Positions 27,935 through 38,170 are shown, counted from the stretch's first letter. The stretch: 55,632 bases of DNA from a virus (IMGVR_UViG_3300037510_000248:1-55632); one strand, 5' to 3'. Program-made: numbers and translations. Notes: a model not told the origin generated them from the sequence alone.

Positions 27935-29446
27935 CTAAACCCCCACGTTGTAGGCTTCGGCGCTCGCCTCAGTGTCGCGCTGTGCCAAGCCCACGCGGGC
28001 GGTGGCGACGATCTGCATGGCGTCGGCGTCGGGGAAGTCTTGGATCTTCATGGTCATGCGGCGCTTGTAGCCGAGCAACCACTGATCGAAGCGCACGGCC
28101 AGAAACGCGCCGGTCGTGTTGTTCGCGGGGGTGGTGCGATCGACCTTTCCCGCTGTGTTTGCCTTGCGGACCGCGCTCTGAAAGTGCATGAAGGCCGACA
28201 CGTACACGGGATAGCCCCAGATCGAGGTCAGCACGCCGCTTTCGATCGTGGCGTTACTGAACACGTCCTTGGTCTTCACGCTCGCCAGCTCCAGGGATTT
28301 CCAGCCGACGTTCAGATCGAGGATGAACGCCACCTTGGTTCGGTCGAGGGCGTTCAGGCCCGCCGCGCCCATCAGCTTGATAATCGCCAGGAAGGTGCCG
28401 TCCGTCAGCGTGCCGCCCGCGTCGAGCTTGTTCGCGACGGTCGTCACGAGTGGCGACTTGCGAAAGCCGTTGAACAGCAAGAACAGGTCGGTCGCGGCGG
28501 GCGTGCCGCCGATGTCATTGATGTTCGTGGTGGCGCTGGCGTCGGTGTCGCCGTCGATCACGGTCGCCTCCAGGTTCTCCGCGCCGGATGTCTCCAGTTG
28601 CTGGCGCAACTGCGCGGCCCACGGCACGAAGCTATCTTCCTCAAGCTCGCCTGAGTAGATCACCCGCGCGGCCATCTTCGCAACCGTCAGCGTGCGGTTG
28701 TCGGTGGCAAGCTTGGAGCTTGGGATCGTCGCATCGGGCCGCAGCGTGGTCGCGTTGGTGCCGGTCGTCTGCGCGACCTTGTACCACGTCGGATCGGCCG
28801 CCTCCAAGGGAATGATGATCGACTCGCTGCCTTGTGGCACTTCGATGGTCGGGATGCGGGCCACGATGTCCGACCCAGCGCGGATGCGCGGCCAGATGCG
28901 ACGCGAGTACTCCACGCCGACCCACTCATCGCCGAAGCCGGCCTGTGTGCTGTAATCCAGCTCGTTGGCCTTCATGGCGTTGGTGACATCGGCGGGGTCG
29001 ATGCCGGCCGCTTTGAGGTCGCGGCGCGCCTCGTCGCCCATCTCGCTCTTGTCCTCGGCGATGCGTAGCGCAAGGGCCTTGAGCAGATCCTGGCTCACGC
29101 CAAACTCGCTCTTCTGCTGGCGCTTGGCCGTGTCGAGTACGCCCGCCGCAAAGGCCAGATCTTCCACGCCCAGACCGTCGAACTTCGCGGTGCTGGTGTA
29201 GTGCATCTGCGCGGGGGCTTGGCCGGGCGTGATGCCGCCCTGTGGCTGTCCAGCGTCGGCGACCGGCAGGCGACGACCGCGCGCCAGTTCTTTAGCCTGC
29301 ATTTTGAGGGCGTTGGTCACGGCCTCATCGATCTTGGCCTGCTCGGCAGCGATGCGATCGGCATCGGCCTGACGCTGATCATCGATCTCTTTTTGTGCCG
29401 ACAGCAGCGTGTCGCGCACCATGGTCTGGAGCTCTTCGGGTGTCAT
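27935..29446 (-). CDS. HK97-fold major capsid protein with N-terminal scaffold domain
   Basis: G.EWV, K.AA...S.EL.EDS, IDGD, FNG.R, IWGYPV; N-terminal coiled coil. Confidence 0.92.
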   Translation of the reverse strand: MTPEELQTMVRDTLLSAQKEIDDQRQADADRIAAEQAKIDEAVTNALKMQAKELARGRRLPVADAGQPQGGITPGQAPAQMHYTSTAKFDGLGVEDLAFAAGVLDTAKRQQKSEFGVSQDLLKALALRIAEDKSEMGDEARRDLKAAGIDPADVTNAMKANELDYSTQAGFGDEWVGVEYSRRIWPRIRAGSDIVARIPTIEVPQGSESIIIPLEAADPTWYKVAQTTGTNATTLRPDATIPSSKLATDNRTLTVAKMAARVIYSGELEEDSFVPWAAQLRQQLETSGAENLEATVIDGDTDASATTNINDIGGTPAATDLFLLFNGFRKSPLVTTVANKLDAGGTLTDGTFLAIIKLMGAAGLNALDRTKVAFILDLNVGWKSLELASVKTKDVFSNATIESGVLTSIWGYPVYVSAFMHFQSAVRKANTAGKVDRTTPANNTTGAFLAVRFDQWLLGYKRRMTMKIQDFPDADAMQIVATARVGLAQRDTEASAEAYNVGV

Positions 29447-30510
29447 GTCGTCCTCGTGGTGTGTGTGCCGAGCAGCGCGCCGACCACCTGTGCGGTGATG
29501 ATACGCGCCGCCTCGTCGGGCGAAATATCAGCTATGTCCGCTGCCGGATCGCCCGCGCTCACCCCATCGCCTGGGGTCTCTGGCGGCGCACCGTGTGCGG
29601 TGAGTATCGTGGCCGGAAGGTCTAAGCCTTCCGAAAGGTAGAGGGCTTTCAGGACCGGCGCGGCCACGCTGTGGAGATTGGCCGGCGCGCGGTTGGGGGC
29701 ATAGTCCCATGCCGAGATTTCGGCCAGCGGCCAGTAGGTCAGCTCACCATCCGGCTGCTTGCGAATGAGATGCCCGATCGTGCCGGGCGACACGACGCAC
29801 GCGCTCTTTTGCGCGCTGTCCCATTGCAGATCGGCGAACTTGGTGTTCTTGAGCTTGTAGGTGAGGTAGTGCCCGTCCGTGCCCACGCGGCGGCTGACAA
29901 ACGCGCCGGTCACCGCAGGCTTGCCCATCTTCTTACCGTTGGCGTCGAAGCCGTGATAGTAGAGCAGCGGCGGCGCGGGGAAATTGTCGGGGTCAAAATC
30001 GGTGCGCGGGCTGAAGTACTCGTTATGCGAATCCTTGCCCGCCTTGTGCCCGTAGTAGCTGACCTTGACTTCTAGGAGGCGCTCACCAACCGCCTTCATG
30101 CTGGCGTAGGGGGCGGCTGTGCTGGCGTCACTGTCAAGTACGCCCGCTTTTGCGCCGTTCGCACTGATCGGCTGCCACACTTCCTCGACCTGCACCCAGC
30201 TATCGCGTGCGGCCAGCGTCACCGCCCCGGTTGCATCCATGCTATAGTCGGCGCGGTAGTACGCCTCAGGCTGCCCACTCTGACAGACCTCGATCACCAC
30301 GTAGGTATCGAAGGTTTCTTCGATGCAGCAGTAGCCATCCATCGGCATGACTGCCGTGCTGTACACCGCGCGTGCGACGACCTCTAACTGATCGTTGAGC
30401 GACATGTCGGCCTTGGCACTCGGATCGGCGTTCCCGACCAGGGCGTCGGCGTGCTCTTTGATCGCGCGGATGCGGGCCATGTTTGCGCGGCTGATCTTCT
30501 TGCCTGCCAT
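29443..30510 (-). CDS. Prohead protease / maturation protein
   Basis: Position between portal and MCP; KD..EYF...TDF, LYYHG, SPG, W.L.EIS, PAN. Confidence 0.75.
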   Translation of the reverse strand: MAGKKISRANMARIRAIKEHADALVGNADPSAKADMSLNDQLEVVARAVYSTAVMPMDGYCCIEETFDTYVVIEVCQSGQPEAYYRADYSMDATGAVTLAARDSWVQVEEVWQPISANGAKAGVLDSDASTAAPYASMKAVGERLLEVKVSYYGHKAGKDSHNEYFSPRTDFDPDNFPAPPLLYYHGFDANGKKMGKPAVTGAFVSRRVGTDGHYLTYKLKNTKFADLQWDSAQKSACVVSPGTIGHLIRKQPDGELTYWPLAEISAWDYAPNRAPANLHSVAAPVLKALYLSEGLDLPATILTAHGAPPETPGDGVSAGDPAADIADISPDEAARIITAQVVGALLGTHTTRTT

Positions 30511-30613
30511 AGGGATAAGCTCCATTTTTGAGCAAACAAAAAGGCCCATCCGCGTATGCGGTGGGCCGGTGGCCTAGGAAGGCTCACAGGTTACGTATAT
30601 GTACTTCAGGAGT

Positions 30614-30640
30614 AGTATAGCACAAACGTCAAGAATCGGT
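30614..30640 (-). promoter_or_regulatory. Internal promoter for head genes (TGCTATACT)
   Basis: Extended -10 upstream of protease; hairpin at ~30543-30567. Confidence 0.5.
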
Positions 30641-30641
30641 A

Positions 30642-30767
30642 TTATCTACGCGGTTGATACTCACTAGGTTGAATAGTCAACGCACCACGCATGCGCAATT
30701 CGTCATCAACCATCGCGACAAGCTGAAGGAGGAGGCGTCGTATTAGTTGTAGCTTCGCGATCGTCAT
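30642..30767 (-). CDS. 41-aa helical peptide after portal
   Basis: GAGG RBS; MTIAKLQLIRRLLLQLVAMVDDELRMRG...; below ORF-track cutoff. Confidence 0.55.
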   Translation of the reverse strand: MTIAKLQLIRRLLLQLVAMVDDELRMRGALTIQPSEYQPRR

Positions 30768-30771
30768 GGTG

Positions 30772-32280
30772 CTACCCCTCCTCAAACGCCGCGCGCACGT
30801 CCGCTGCCGACGATGCCCGCTTCAGGCTCGCGCGGATCTGCATCGCGTCGTCATCACTCAGATAGTCGGGATCGAACACCACATCAGCGGGCAACCGCCC
30901 CGCCGCCATGCCCTTGATCACCTTGCGTTCCCAACGCTCGCGGTCAAGCCGCTTCTGCGCCGTGGCAAGCGCATCGGGCGCGGGCGGCTGCTGTCCCAGT
31001 TGCAACGGGGCGGGTGGTGGTGGCTTGTCGGCGGGGTTGCGCGTGTCGGTCATGCCCTGCCCAATCTCCGCCGGCAGCAGCGCGCCACGATCGTCGCCGA
31101 GCGCCTTGTCCTGATAGTACTTCTTGCGCACCTCATCGACCGTGTGCGTCTTGCTGTACTCGGCCTGCTCTTTTAGCTCAATCTCCGTATCGACCCGCCG
31201 CACGTCCTCAAATGCACCGACGAGCCCGCCGCCGTAGGCCGGCAACAGCTTCTGGGTAATCTTCTTGCCGATCGAGAACGTCTGCGGGTAGACCGCCATG
31301 CTCAGAAACGTATCCTTACCCGCCGTGCTGTTCGCCTCGGTCGCGTTGATCGCGAGCACACTCGCCAGTCCGGGCGCAAGCCGCGCAAAGATCTCTTCCA
31401 TCGTGAAACGGCGCTGCTCTAGGTATTGAATCTCGACCTGCGTGAGTTGCGTCGTAATCCACTGCACACCACCCGCCCCCACGCCACGCAGGCGCATCAC
31501 ACGATTGTTTTTCGTGCCACCATGTTGCTCGCTCCAGTCGGCCGCGATGCGCTTCCAGCGGGGGTCATCGATCGCCTCCGCAAAGGCCAGGATACCCGCA
31601 CCTTTCACATTGTCTTTGCCGTAGAAATTCGCGTTAAACTGCTGGGCCGCAAGATCGCCGGTCGAGTCGATGGCGAGCGCCTGCACGGCCGACAGCCCCA
31701 CATACTGGTTGAGCGGGTTGAACGTCTTGAAGTGGACGACCTCCCACGGCTCTAGGGGGATGGGCGTGCTATAGCCGGCGTGGTAGAGGTACCCGCGCAC
31801 GCTCATATCGCCCGCCGGGATGGGCTGGATCTTGTTGCTGGGGATAATCCAGATCTCATCCGGCGGCGCATCTTCGCTCGCGCGATTGAGCCACCAATAG
31901 CAGTTGCCGGTGATGCGCTTCCAGCTGACCGTTGCCTCGAAAAACTCACTCTGATCCTGCTCGGCGTTGGGATGCTCCAACAACATTTCGAATGGATGAT
32001 CCTCGATCGCCGATAGCCCCGACCGCGTGCGCTGCGACACGCTGAATGGTGTCGAAGCGACGGCCTCGCTGACCATGCTGACCGCGATCTGAATCCAGCT
32101 CAGATTGGCGTACAGCGTGCTTTGTCGCTCGGCAATTGACGGGTCAGGAATATCCCAGCGCTCGCTCATGGAGTTGGCGCGCAGCCGACCGGGCGGGCGT
32201 GCGGGCGGGCCGACCTTTGCACCAGAGAGGACAGCGGCGCGCGATTGGATGCGATCAAACAGGGGCATATGTACACTCAC
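30772..32280 (-). CDS. Portal protein (HK97 family)
   Basis: HP...LL..PN, GN.YW, EVVHFK..NP..Y.GLS. Confidence 0.93.
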   Translation of the reverse strand: MSVHMPLFDRIQSRAAVLSGAKVGPPARPPGRLRANSMSERWDIPDPSIAERQSTLYANLSWIQIAVSMVSEAVASTPFSVSQRTRSGLSAIEDHPFEMLLEHPNAEQDQSEFFEATVSWKRITGNCYWWLNRASEDAPPDEIWIIPSNKIQPIPAGDMSVRGYLYHAGYSTPIPLEPWEVVHFKTFNPLNQYVGLSAVQALAIDSTGDLAAQQFNANFYGKDNVKGAGILAFAEAIDDPRWKRIAADWSEQHGGTKNNRVMRLRGVGAGGVQWITTQLTQVEIQYLEQRRFTMEEIFARLAPGLASVLAINATEANSTAGKDTFLSMAVYPQTFSIGKKITQKLLPAYGGGLVGAFEDVRRVDTEIELKEQAEYSKTHTVDEVRKKYYQDKALGDDRGALLPAEIGQGMTDTRNPADKPPPPAPLQLGQQPPAPDALATAQKRLDRERWERKVIKGMAAGRLPADVVFDPDYLSDDDAMQIRASLKRASSAADVRAAFEEG

Positions 32281-32462
32281 TCATCGCTCTCGACCTCCAC
32301 ATACACGATCTGCGGCTCCACGCGCCCGCGCCCGAGCTGATAGCCCCGCACAACCGCCTCAATCATCACGCCGACCACGTAGCCGATGGCCAGCGGTATC
32401 CACGAGAGCACTTCGGCGATGAGTGCCACGAGGAGCAGCGCCCATCGGCGCGCGCGGCTCAT
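32277..32462 (-). CDS. Small membrane protein between terminase and portal
   Basis: Hydrophobic; coupled ORF. Confidence 0.6.
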   Translation of the reverse strand: MSRARRWALLLVALIAEVLSWIPLAIGYVVGVMIEAVVRGYQLGRGRVEPQIVYVEVESDE

Positions 32463-34030
32463 GGCAGGAAGTCCACGAGATCCGCGCCGGAGGGCAGTCC
32501 AAGTACCTCACGCGCCCGCTGGCGGGCCATGCTCAGGCACACCGCAAGGTCAATCTTCAGCGCGTACGTGCGCTTCACAATGCGCAGCTTGCGGCTCTCG
32601 CTATCCACCTTGCGGTTGGCGTTGCTGAGGTGTGCCCGTAGCGCTGCGTTGCCATCGTGCGCGGTCATCCGCGTCGTGATCTCGTCGTACAGCCCTTTAT
32701 CCGCCACCAGTCGATCCGGTCCCTGGTGGAACGGCTCACACGGTGCCGGGAACGCGGGAAACACCAGCGGGTGTGCTTTTGCCGTGTCGGCGGCGCGATA
32801 CAGCGTGGCGGGCTTCTTCAGGCGCATGATCAGTTGCCCAAGCAGGAACGGGTCGTACGCCAGTTGACTGATCGCATGCGCCTGCCCCAGTTCGCGCAGG
32901 TCAATCTCGATCTCGTTGAAGTCAAGTGGCGCGCCCTTGCTCGGCACATACGGGCGCACGTAGCGCACCGCCAGCCGTGCGGCGTCGGCCGGGTGCGCGG
33001 ATACCATGAGACTGGCAAAGGTATCGTTGCTCTCCGCGCCATCCAGCGCCAGCACGCAGGGCGTGTGCCCATTGAGCGGCGGCAACAGCTCTTGGCAGGC
33101 ATCCCAGAGTGCGATATCCGGCAGGAAGGTATCGACCTCGGTCGCCTCGAAGGCTTCGTCTGCGGTGGCGGGGTACTCCTGCTTCATCAGCGAGCTATCG
33201 ACCGCATCCGCCTCGACCGCCGCATACCATGCCGCATCACGTCCGGGGCGGGATTGCCAGGGCAGAAAGCGGAACGCGAAGCGGCTTGCGCCGGCGATGG
33301 CACGCTGACACAGGTCGTAGAAGAGATTCGTCTTGCCCTTCGCCGTGCTCAGGATAATCATCGCACCGCCGCCATCCACCGTGGGCTTGACCGCCGTATA
33401 GAGTGACCGTGCCCAGCGGTTCTTAGCAAACTCATCGAGCACCACGAGCGAGGCGGTGTAGCTCGACCCCGCATCCTGGCTGGTGGGTAGGCTCTGCACG
33501 TGCGACCCGTTCGCCCACGCCATGTCGGTCGTGTTCTCCTTCACCAGCGCCGGCAGCGTGGCGCGCAACTTGTCGGAGAGTCGCCAGTACATCACGTTTA
33601 CCCGCCGCAGCAACTCATTCGCTTCAACCTGTCCAATCGAGAACATCAGCACGACGCGGCCAGGGCGATACAGACACAGCCACAGCACGTAAGCGCACAC
33701 CAGCCACGAGATGCCGAGCTGGCGGGCCTTCAGGATGAACAGCAGGCGCTCACTCACGATATCGGCCAGCAGGTCGCGTTGCGCGTCCCACATGTGAAAC
33801 GGCATGGTCGCAAGGGCGTCGCTGTCCTGATCCGGCTGCGCATCGTCAATGATGACCTCGTGCTGAATGAACGCGGCCACATCATTGACGTACGGAGACG
33901 GCGGCGGCTGTGTCACCGCCCGCGCCCGCGCCGCTAACGCCGGGTCGGCCTCAAGGCGCTGCTTGGCCAGCTGCGACAGCAACGACCCGCGCGTATTCGT
34001 CTTCGGATAAGGTTTGCTTGAGAGCGTCAA
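32459..34030 (-). CDS. terL: Terminase large subunit
   Basis: LKARQLGISW Walker A, VVLDEFA Walker B, LST coupling motif, QEYP, LDGA, YDPF, KIDLAV. Confidence 0.93.
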   Translation of the reverse strand: MTLSSKPYPKTNTRGSLLSQLAKQRLEADPALAARARAVTQPPPSPYVNDVAAFIQHEVIIDDAQPDQDSDALATMPFHMWDAQRDLLADIVSERLLFILKARQLGISWLVCAYVLWLCLYRPGRVVLMFSIGQVEANELLRRVNVMYWRLSDKLRATLPALVKENTTDMAWANGSHVQSLPTSQDAGSSYTASLVVLDEFAKNRWARSLYTAVKPTVDGGGAMIILSTAKGKTNLFYDLCQRAIAGASRFAFRFLPWQSRPGRDAAWYAAVEADAVDSSLMKQEYPATADEAFEATEVDTFLPDIALWDACQELLPPLNGHTPCVLALDGAESNDTFASLMVSAHPADAARLAVRYVRPYVPSKGAPLDFNEIEIDLRELGQAHAISQLAYDPFLLGQLIMRLKKPATLYRAADTAKAHPLVFPAFPAPCEPFHQGPDRLVADKGLYDEITTRMTAHDGNAALRAHLSNANRKVDSESRKLRIVKRTYALKIDLAVCLSMARQRAREVLGLPSGADLVDFLP

Positions 34031-34499
34031 GGAATTTCTCGATTTCCTGATGGCTGATGTCGATCTTCTCCACGAACAGCCCGTGGTGCTTGCCGATCAG
34101 CGCGAGCGCCGCTTGGGCGTCGTACAGTTCGACCGTGACCTTCTCCTCCGTGACCTCTTTGATCGTGCGCTTGCTGACTGTCACCTTGTGCAGCAGGTTC
34201 AGCGGCTTGTCGTCGCCCAGATCGAAGCCGTGCAGCTCGCCATCAGGGCTACGGCGCATGAACGGCGCGATCGAGCCGCGCGCGTGCTCCGAGAGGCGGA
34301 CCAGCACCTCATCGGCGCTCATCTTCAGCTTGGTCAGACGGGCTTGGATGGCTTCTTGAACGTTAACTTCTGTTAACATCCGCGACGCCTGCTCTTTGGC
34401 GGTCTTCTCCGAGTAGCCCGCGAGCCGCGCGGCCTCTGCGCCATTCCAGGTCGTCAGGTAGTGCTCGATGAAGGCTAGTTGTTTTGTTGAGAGTGTCAC
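33951..34499 (-). CDS. terS: Terminase small subunit
   Basis: KQLAFIEHYL..WNGAEAARLAGYSEKTAKEQASRML; ALALIGKHHGLF. Confidence 0.92.
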   Translation of the reverse strand: MTLSTKQLAFIEHYLTTWNGAEAARLAGYSEKTAKEQASRMLTEVNVQEAIQARLTKLKMSADEVLVRLSEHARGSIAPFMRRSPDGELHGFDLGDDKPLNLLHKVTVSKRTIKEVTEEKVTVELYDAQAALALIGKHHGLFVEKIDISHQEIEKFLDALKQTLSEDEYARVVAVAAGQAAP

Positions 34500-35546
34500 G
34501 TCAGATCTATACTCACTTGCGATGTCTCGTCATCCGGCCAAGGCACTATCGGAGGCTGTCCGCGCTTTGCTCTCTCACAGTTGCGAATATGCAACATATC
34601 TTTTCGATGCCAGAAGCACCCCACGATTATGCCGCACACGCCGCACTCAATCGGACTGTTGGTGTCGCGCCCGTGAACCTCCATGCAGGTCGCGCAGATC
34701 GGCTGTTCAGTCATCGGTACCGCCTCCAAAGCTCAATCCCGACCGCCAGCCACCACGCGCCAGCCCACAGCGCCGACCACGCCAGCAGTGCGAGCCAGCG
34801 CCAGCCGCCGCGTCTCATTGGGCAAACACCGACACACCAGGGTCGTTGTAAAGCGTGTAGGTCTCTCCCTTGGGGGATGTTGTACTCGTGCAGGTCACGA
34901 TGATCGGACCCCACATCGGTGGGGCGATCGGTACCCATCGTGTGGGATACACCCAATATGGCGGCTCACCCGTAGGCGGATACAGCGGCTCGCACGGCAC
35001 AGCGGCGGGGCTGCACTGCACGCATTTCTGCACAGTCGGTGCCCATACCGTGCTGCACACTGGGCACTGCCATCCTAGGTTCGGTGTTTTTGCATTCATT
35101 GAATCCCCACCATCACAACACCACGTTCGGCCACTGCGTCCCGTGGATCGCGCGGGCCTCGGTCAGCGTGCCAGCCATCAAACGCTCGACAAAATCCTGC
35201 GCGTCGGACAGGGCGCGGAAGTCAGGCCAGCAGTGCAGCCCCACCCCTTCACGTTCGAAGGAGATAAACACGCCATAGTGCCCGGTTCCATCCGCGTTCC
35301 AGGATACCGTTCCCTCGCGGGTGACAATATCCTCATTGGTCACACGACTCACGCCATCACACATGCGGATCTGCATCCACCACCACACATCCACGCGGCG
35401 GGGCTGGGTCCATCTCAGGGTGGCGCTTTTCTCAATGCGCGGCGTCTCACTCACGGCATTGCTCCATAGATCAGTTTCGCCAGCGCGAACACGACCACGA
35501 ACAGCAGCGCCAGCAGTGCGATCGTGGAGAGGCGCGGGCGGGTCAT
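34496..35546 (-). other. Cluster of small coupled ORFs (Zn-finger and TM peptides; possible holin among them)
   Basis: e.g. 34815-35099 (WQCPVC), 34496-34714 (CxxC pairs), short hydrophobic peptides starting at 34818 and 35546. Confidence 0.5.
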
Positions 35547-36148
35547 GAGAACCACCACACATATACCACACGCGCCGCCACTAACAGGACCGCCACGAAG
35601 ATAAGGATTAAAAGCCAGCGTATCCCGCCAAAGCTCCGTGCGACCTGTTCATTCGTTGCTTCAAGTGCGGTATCGAAGCCGGTCATCCGCTCGTCGTGCT
35701 CTTCCTGGCGCTCTTTTCGGACGGTCAGTTCTTGTGTGTGCCGTTCCTCTGCGGTCGCCTCAATTCGCACCACCTGCTCAGCGATAGAATCGATTTTCTC
35801 TGTCGTTTGTGTCCGCCACTCAAGGGCTACCGCTTGCGACTGTTTCACTGCTGTCACTTCGTCGCGCATCATCGCGACATCTTGCAGGGCATTGAGCGTC
35901 GTCTGAAAGAGAAAGTAATCATCTTCGGCACGACGTTTAATCAATCCGGATATTTCGTCAGGAAGCTCCGGTTCAAGCACGAGCTTGAGCGCGCGAATCT
36001 TCTTCCGGATTGTCTCCGCGTCCAACACGACATAGGGCGGCGTGTCGTCCCCTTGCCGCTCAATCTGCAACTCACGAATACGGAGGGTTTGCTCATTGAT
36101 CGCAAGGAGGTTATGTGCATGCGCGATCTCCTCGTCACTGAGCGCCAT
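35543..36148 (-). CDS. Coiled-coil protein with C-terminal TM (lysis region)
   Basis: GGAG RBS; C-terminal hydrophobic helix. Confidence 0.7.
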   Translation of the reverse strand: MALSDEEIAHAHNLLAINEQTLRIRELQIERQGDDTPPYVVLDAETIRKKIRALKLVLEPELPDEISGLIKRRAEDDYFLFQTTLNALQDVAMMRDEVTAVKQSQAVALEWRTQTTEKIDSIAEQVVRIEATAEERHTQELTVRKERQEEHDERMTGFDTALEATNEQVARSFGGIRWLLILIFVAVLLVAARVVYVWWFS

Positions 36149-36449
36149 CGCCCGTTTCTCCGACCGACCGCGCCTGCAACGTCTCGACATCGGCGCGGAG
36201 CACTGTCACGGCATCCCAGATCTGGCGCTCCTGAGCTTCGCGTTGCCCCTGGTCCTGCGCCATGTCGTAGCGAATCGCGTCGATCGCCTCATTAAATTGC
36301 ACCTGCATCTGCCCGAATGTGATGCCCCAGTTGTTATTCTGCTGGTTCAACTGGGTCTCAAACTGACTCGCCAGCAGTTCCAGCTGGGTGCGCAGCTCGG
36401 GGTCGCTCACCTGCGCCGCGATAGTTCGGATCGTCGTTGAAGGGTTCAC
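36135..36449 (-). CDS. Coiled-coil hypothetical protein
   Basis: GAGG RBS; GTG start. Confidence 0.6.
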   Translation of the reverse strand: MNPSTTIRTIAAQVSDPELRTQLELLASQFETQLNQQNNNWGITFGQMQVQFNEAIDAIRYDMAQDQGQREAQERQIWDAVTVLRADVETLQARSVGETGDGAQ

Positions 36450-36648
36450 AATGCCTCATAAGGTGCTCGTGGAACGAACGGGTACGATTACAAGAGCGGC
36501 GGTCGATCGCGCCAGGTCTCCGGCTTCGGCGGCGGTGCGGGTGGCTGCTGCGCCGGCTGTGTCAGCACATCACACAGCGCCTTCGTCATCCCCACGCCGC
36601 CCGGTGTCGCGGCCACGCGAGCCATGTAGGCGATGTATTCTTCGGTGG

Positions 36649-36885
36649 TCATAGCGTTCCCTTTGTGCGCACATACACGGCGTTGTAGGACACGCCGAGC
36701 TGCTCAACAATCTGCGTCCGCGCCATGTCTCCGCTTGCCCACAGCGCGCGGATCTGCGTGTCGAGCTTGGGGCTGATGCGGCGGCGGGCGATGAACGGCA
36801 CCTGCACAACGGGCGCAGGCGCGCCGGTCTCAAGTCGCAGGCAGCGCTCGACCATGGCGATGTAGGCGGCACGGCTGATCGTCAT
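36649..36885 (-). CDS. Small HTH protein
   Basis: MARTQIVEQLGVSYNAVY. Confidence 0.65.
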   Translation of the reverse strand: MTISRAAYIAMVERCLRLETGAPAPVVQVPFIARRRISPKLDTQIRALWASGDMARTQIVEQLGVSYNAVYVRTKGTL

Positions 36886-37589
36886 GTCGTCAGCCCCTTC
36901 ATATCGACAAAGCCCAATCCACTCGCAAGATGCCCCGCGCCGTCGGCGTAGAGCGCGTCAACGGCAACGGCGTCGCCGGTCGCGAGGTAGCCCGCCGTGG
37001 GGCCGGTCAAGCTCTGGGCCTGATAGACCGGCAGGCCGCGTACCGTGTAGTGCTGCACCACAGGCAACGGGGGCGGTGGACTGACCAGGGCATCGCGCCA
37101 GTCGATAAAAGCAACATGGCTCCAGTCAGTCGGATCGATTTTGCGCTTGTAGGGACCCGGAAGCGCGATCTGCCCGTGCGTATCGATCGCGGCGGGCGCG
37201 ATGCCGTACATATCAGTCAGCCACAGGAGCAGCCAGCCGAGCGCGTTCTGTTGCACCGCCGGCCACGTCTCGCCTTTGGCGTGCAAGCACTCAATACCGA
37301 TCGAGTGCTGATTGTCGTACGCAACTCTCGCGTTGCCTGCGTGCCACGCCGCGAACGCACGCGGATCAAGAAACTGGATAATCTCGCCGCCGCGCCCGAT
37401 CAAGAAGTGGGCCGATACCTTCGGCGTCGTGTAGAGATACAGCGCCGCGTTGTTGAGCGACTGCCCGATCGTGCCCTCGGTCGAATGGACGACGATCGCG
37501 GTCGGGGGCGCGGTGCGGCGTTCGTAGCCATGATTGACTGGATACGCGGCAGTCTTGTTGTAGCTCGTGACATCGATCGAGAACGTCAT
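36882..37589 (-). CDS. Endolysin, N-acetylmuramoyl-L-alanine amidase (Amidase_2) with SH3-like C-terminus
   Basis: IVVHST, SAHFLI, AWHAG, SIGIE, H...K.DP. Confidence 0.92.
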   Translation of the reverse strand: MTFSIDVTSYNKTAAYPVNHGYERRTAPPTAIVVHSTEGTIGQSLNNAALYLYTTPKVSAHFLIGRGGEIIQFLDPRAFAAWHAGNARVAYDNQHSIGIECLHAKGETWPAVQQNALGWLLLWLTDMYGIAPAAIDTHGQIALPGPYKRKIDPTDWSHVAFIDWRDALVSPPPPLPVVQHYTVRGLPVYQAQSLTGPTAGYLATGDAVAVDALYADGAGHLASGLGFVDMKGLTT

Positions 37590-37843
37590 CCCCACACCGC
37601 CTCTCCCGCGCACGCGCAGCCCGGCGCGGCAAAGCGCGGCCACACGCCGTGCTTCAGGTAGTACTCAGTCGCACGCACGCCGTAAAGCGTTCGTATGAGC
37701 GCGAGGTCAGAGACATCCGGGGCGGGCAGAGGGTCAAAGCGATGCGGGGAGAAGGGGAGAAGCGCGGGGGCAACGTCAAGAGGCCGGCTCAGATCGAGTC
37801 GGGCGGATCGGCGGCTGCGGTTGTCGGATGGTGCCATGCTCAT
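37586..37843 (-). CDS. Hypothetical protein, first gene of late operon
   Basis: ORF between late promoter and endolysin. Confidence 0.5.
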   Translation of the reverse strand: MSMAPSDNRSRRSARLDLSRPLDVAPALLPFSPHRFDPLPAPDVSDLALIRTLYGVRATEYYLKHGVWPRFAAPGCACAGEAVWG

Positions 37844-37871
37844 TTCTGAGCGGTGGGTGTTTCGCCATCTC

Positions 37872-37900
37872 AGTGTAGCACGAGGTATTACGGAATGCAA
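37872..37900 (-). promoter_or_regulatory. Late operon promoter
   Basis: TTGCAT-17 bp-TACACT with extended TG. Confidence 0.65.
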
Positions 37901-37950
37901 ATGACAATTCCGCTATATCGTAGGCAGAACGTTTGTTGCTACGATATATA

Positions 37951-38081
37951 TGCTATACTGTACGAAACAGATCAGGGCCTGCGGTGGGTGTTTCGCACAC
38001 GTCTCGCCGTATGGCCCTGATTGCGTGGGCACAGCAACGCCCCTCCGAGTGACACTCGGAGGGGCGTTGCTGTGCCCGTTT
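37951..38081 (+). ncRNA. Putative small structured RNA with its promoter
   Basis: TGCTATACT -10 at 37951-37959; long hairpin ATCAGGGCC...GGCCCTGAT (37971-38021); then terminator hairpin. Confidence 0.45.
38027..38077. terminator. Perfect 24-bp inverted repeat, probable bidirectional terminator
   Basis: GGGCACAGCAACGCCCCTCCGAGT-gac-ACTCGGAGGGGCGTTGCTGTGCCC. Confidence 0.8.
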
Positions 38082-38092
38082 GGCGTGGGCGT

Positions 38093-38169
38093 TGGTGGAT
38101 CATGACGGAGTTGCACCGCCGTCGTGCGGAGGGGCGCTCCGCATGCTCTGGCTGTTGAGCTATAAAACC
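38093..38169 (-). ncRNA. tRNA-like element C (non-canonical cloverleaf, CCA end)
   Basis: GCTC-AACAGCCA-GAGC D arm; TGCGG-AGCGCCCCT-CCGCA anticodon arm; GGCGG-TGCAACT-CCGTC T arm; ACCA; mismatched acceptor stem. Confidence 0.7.
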
Positions 38170-38170
38170 G

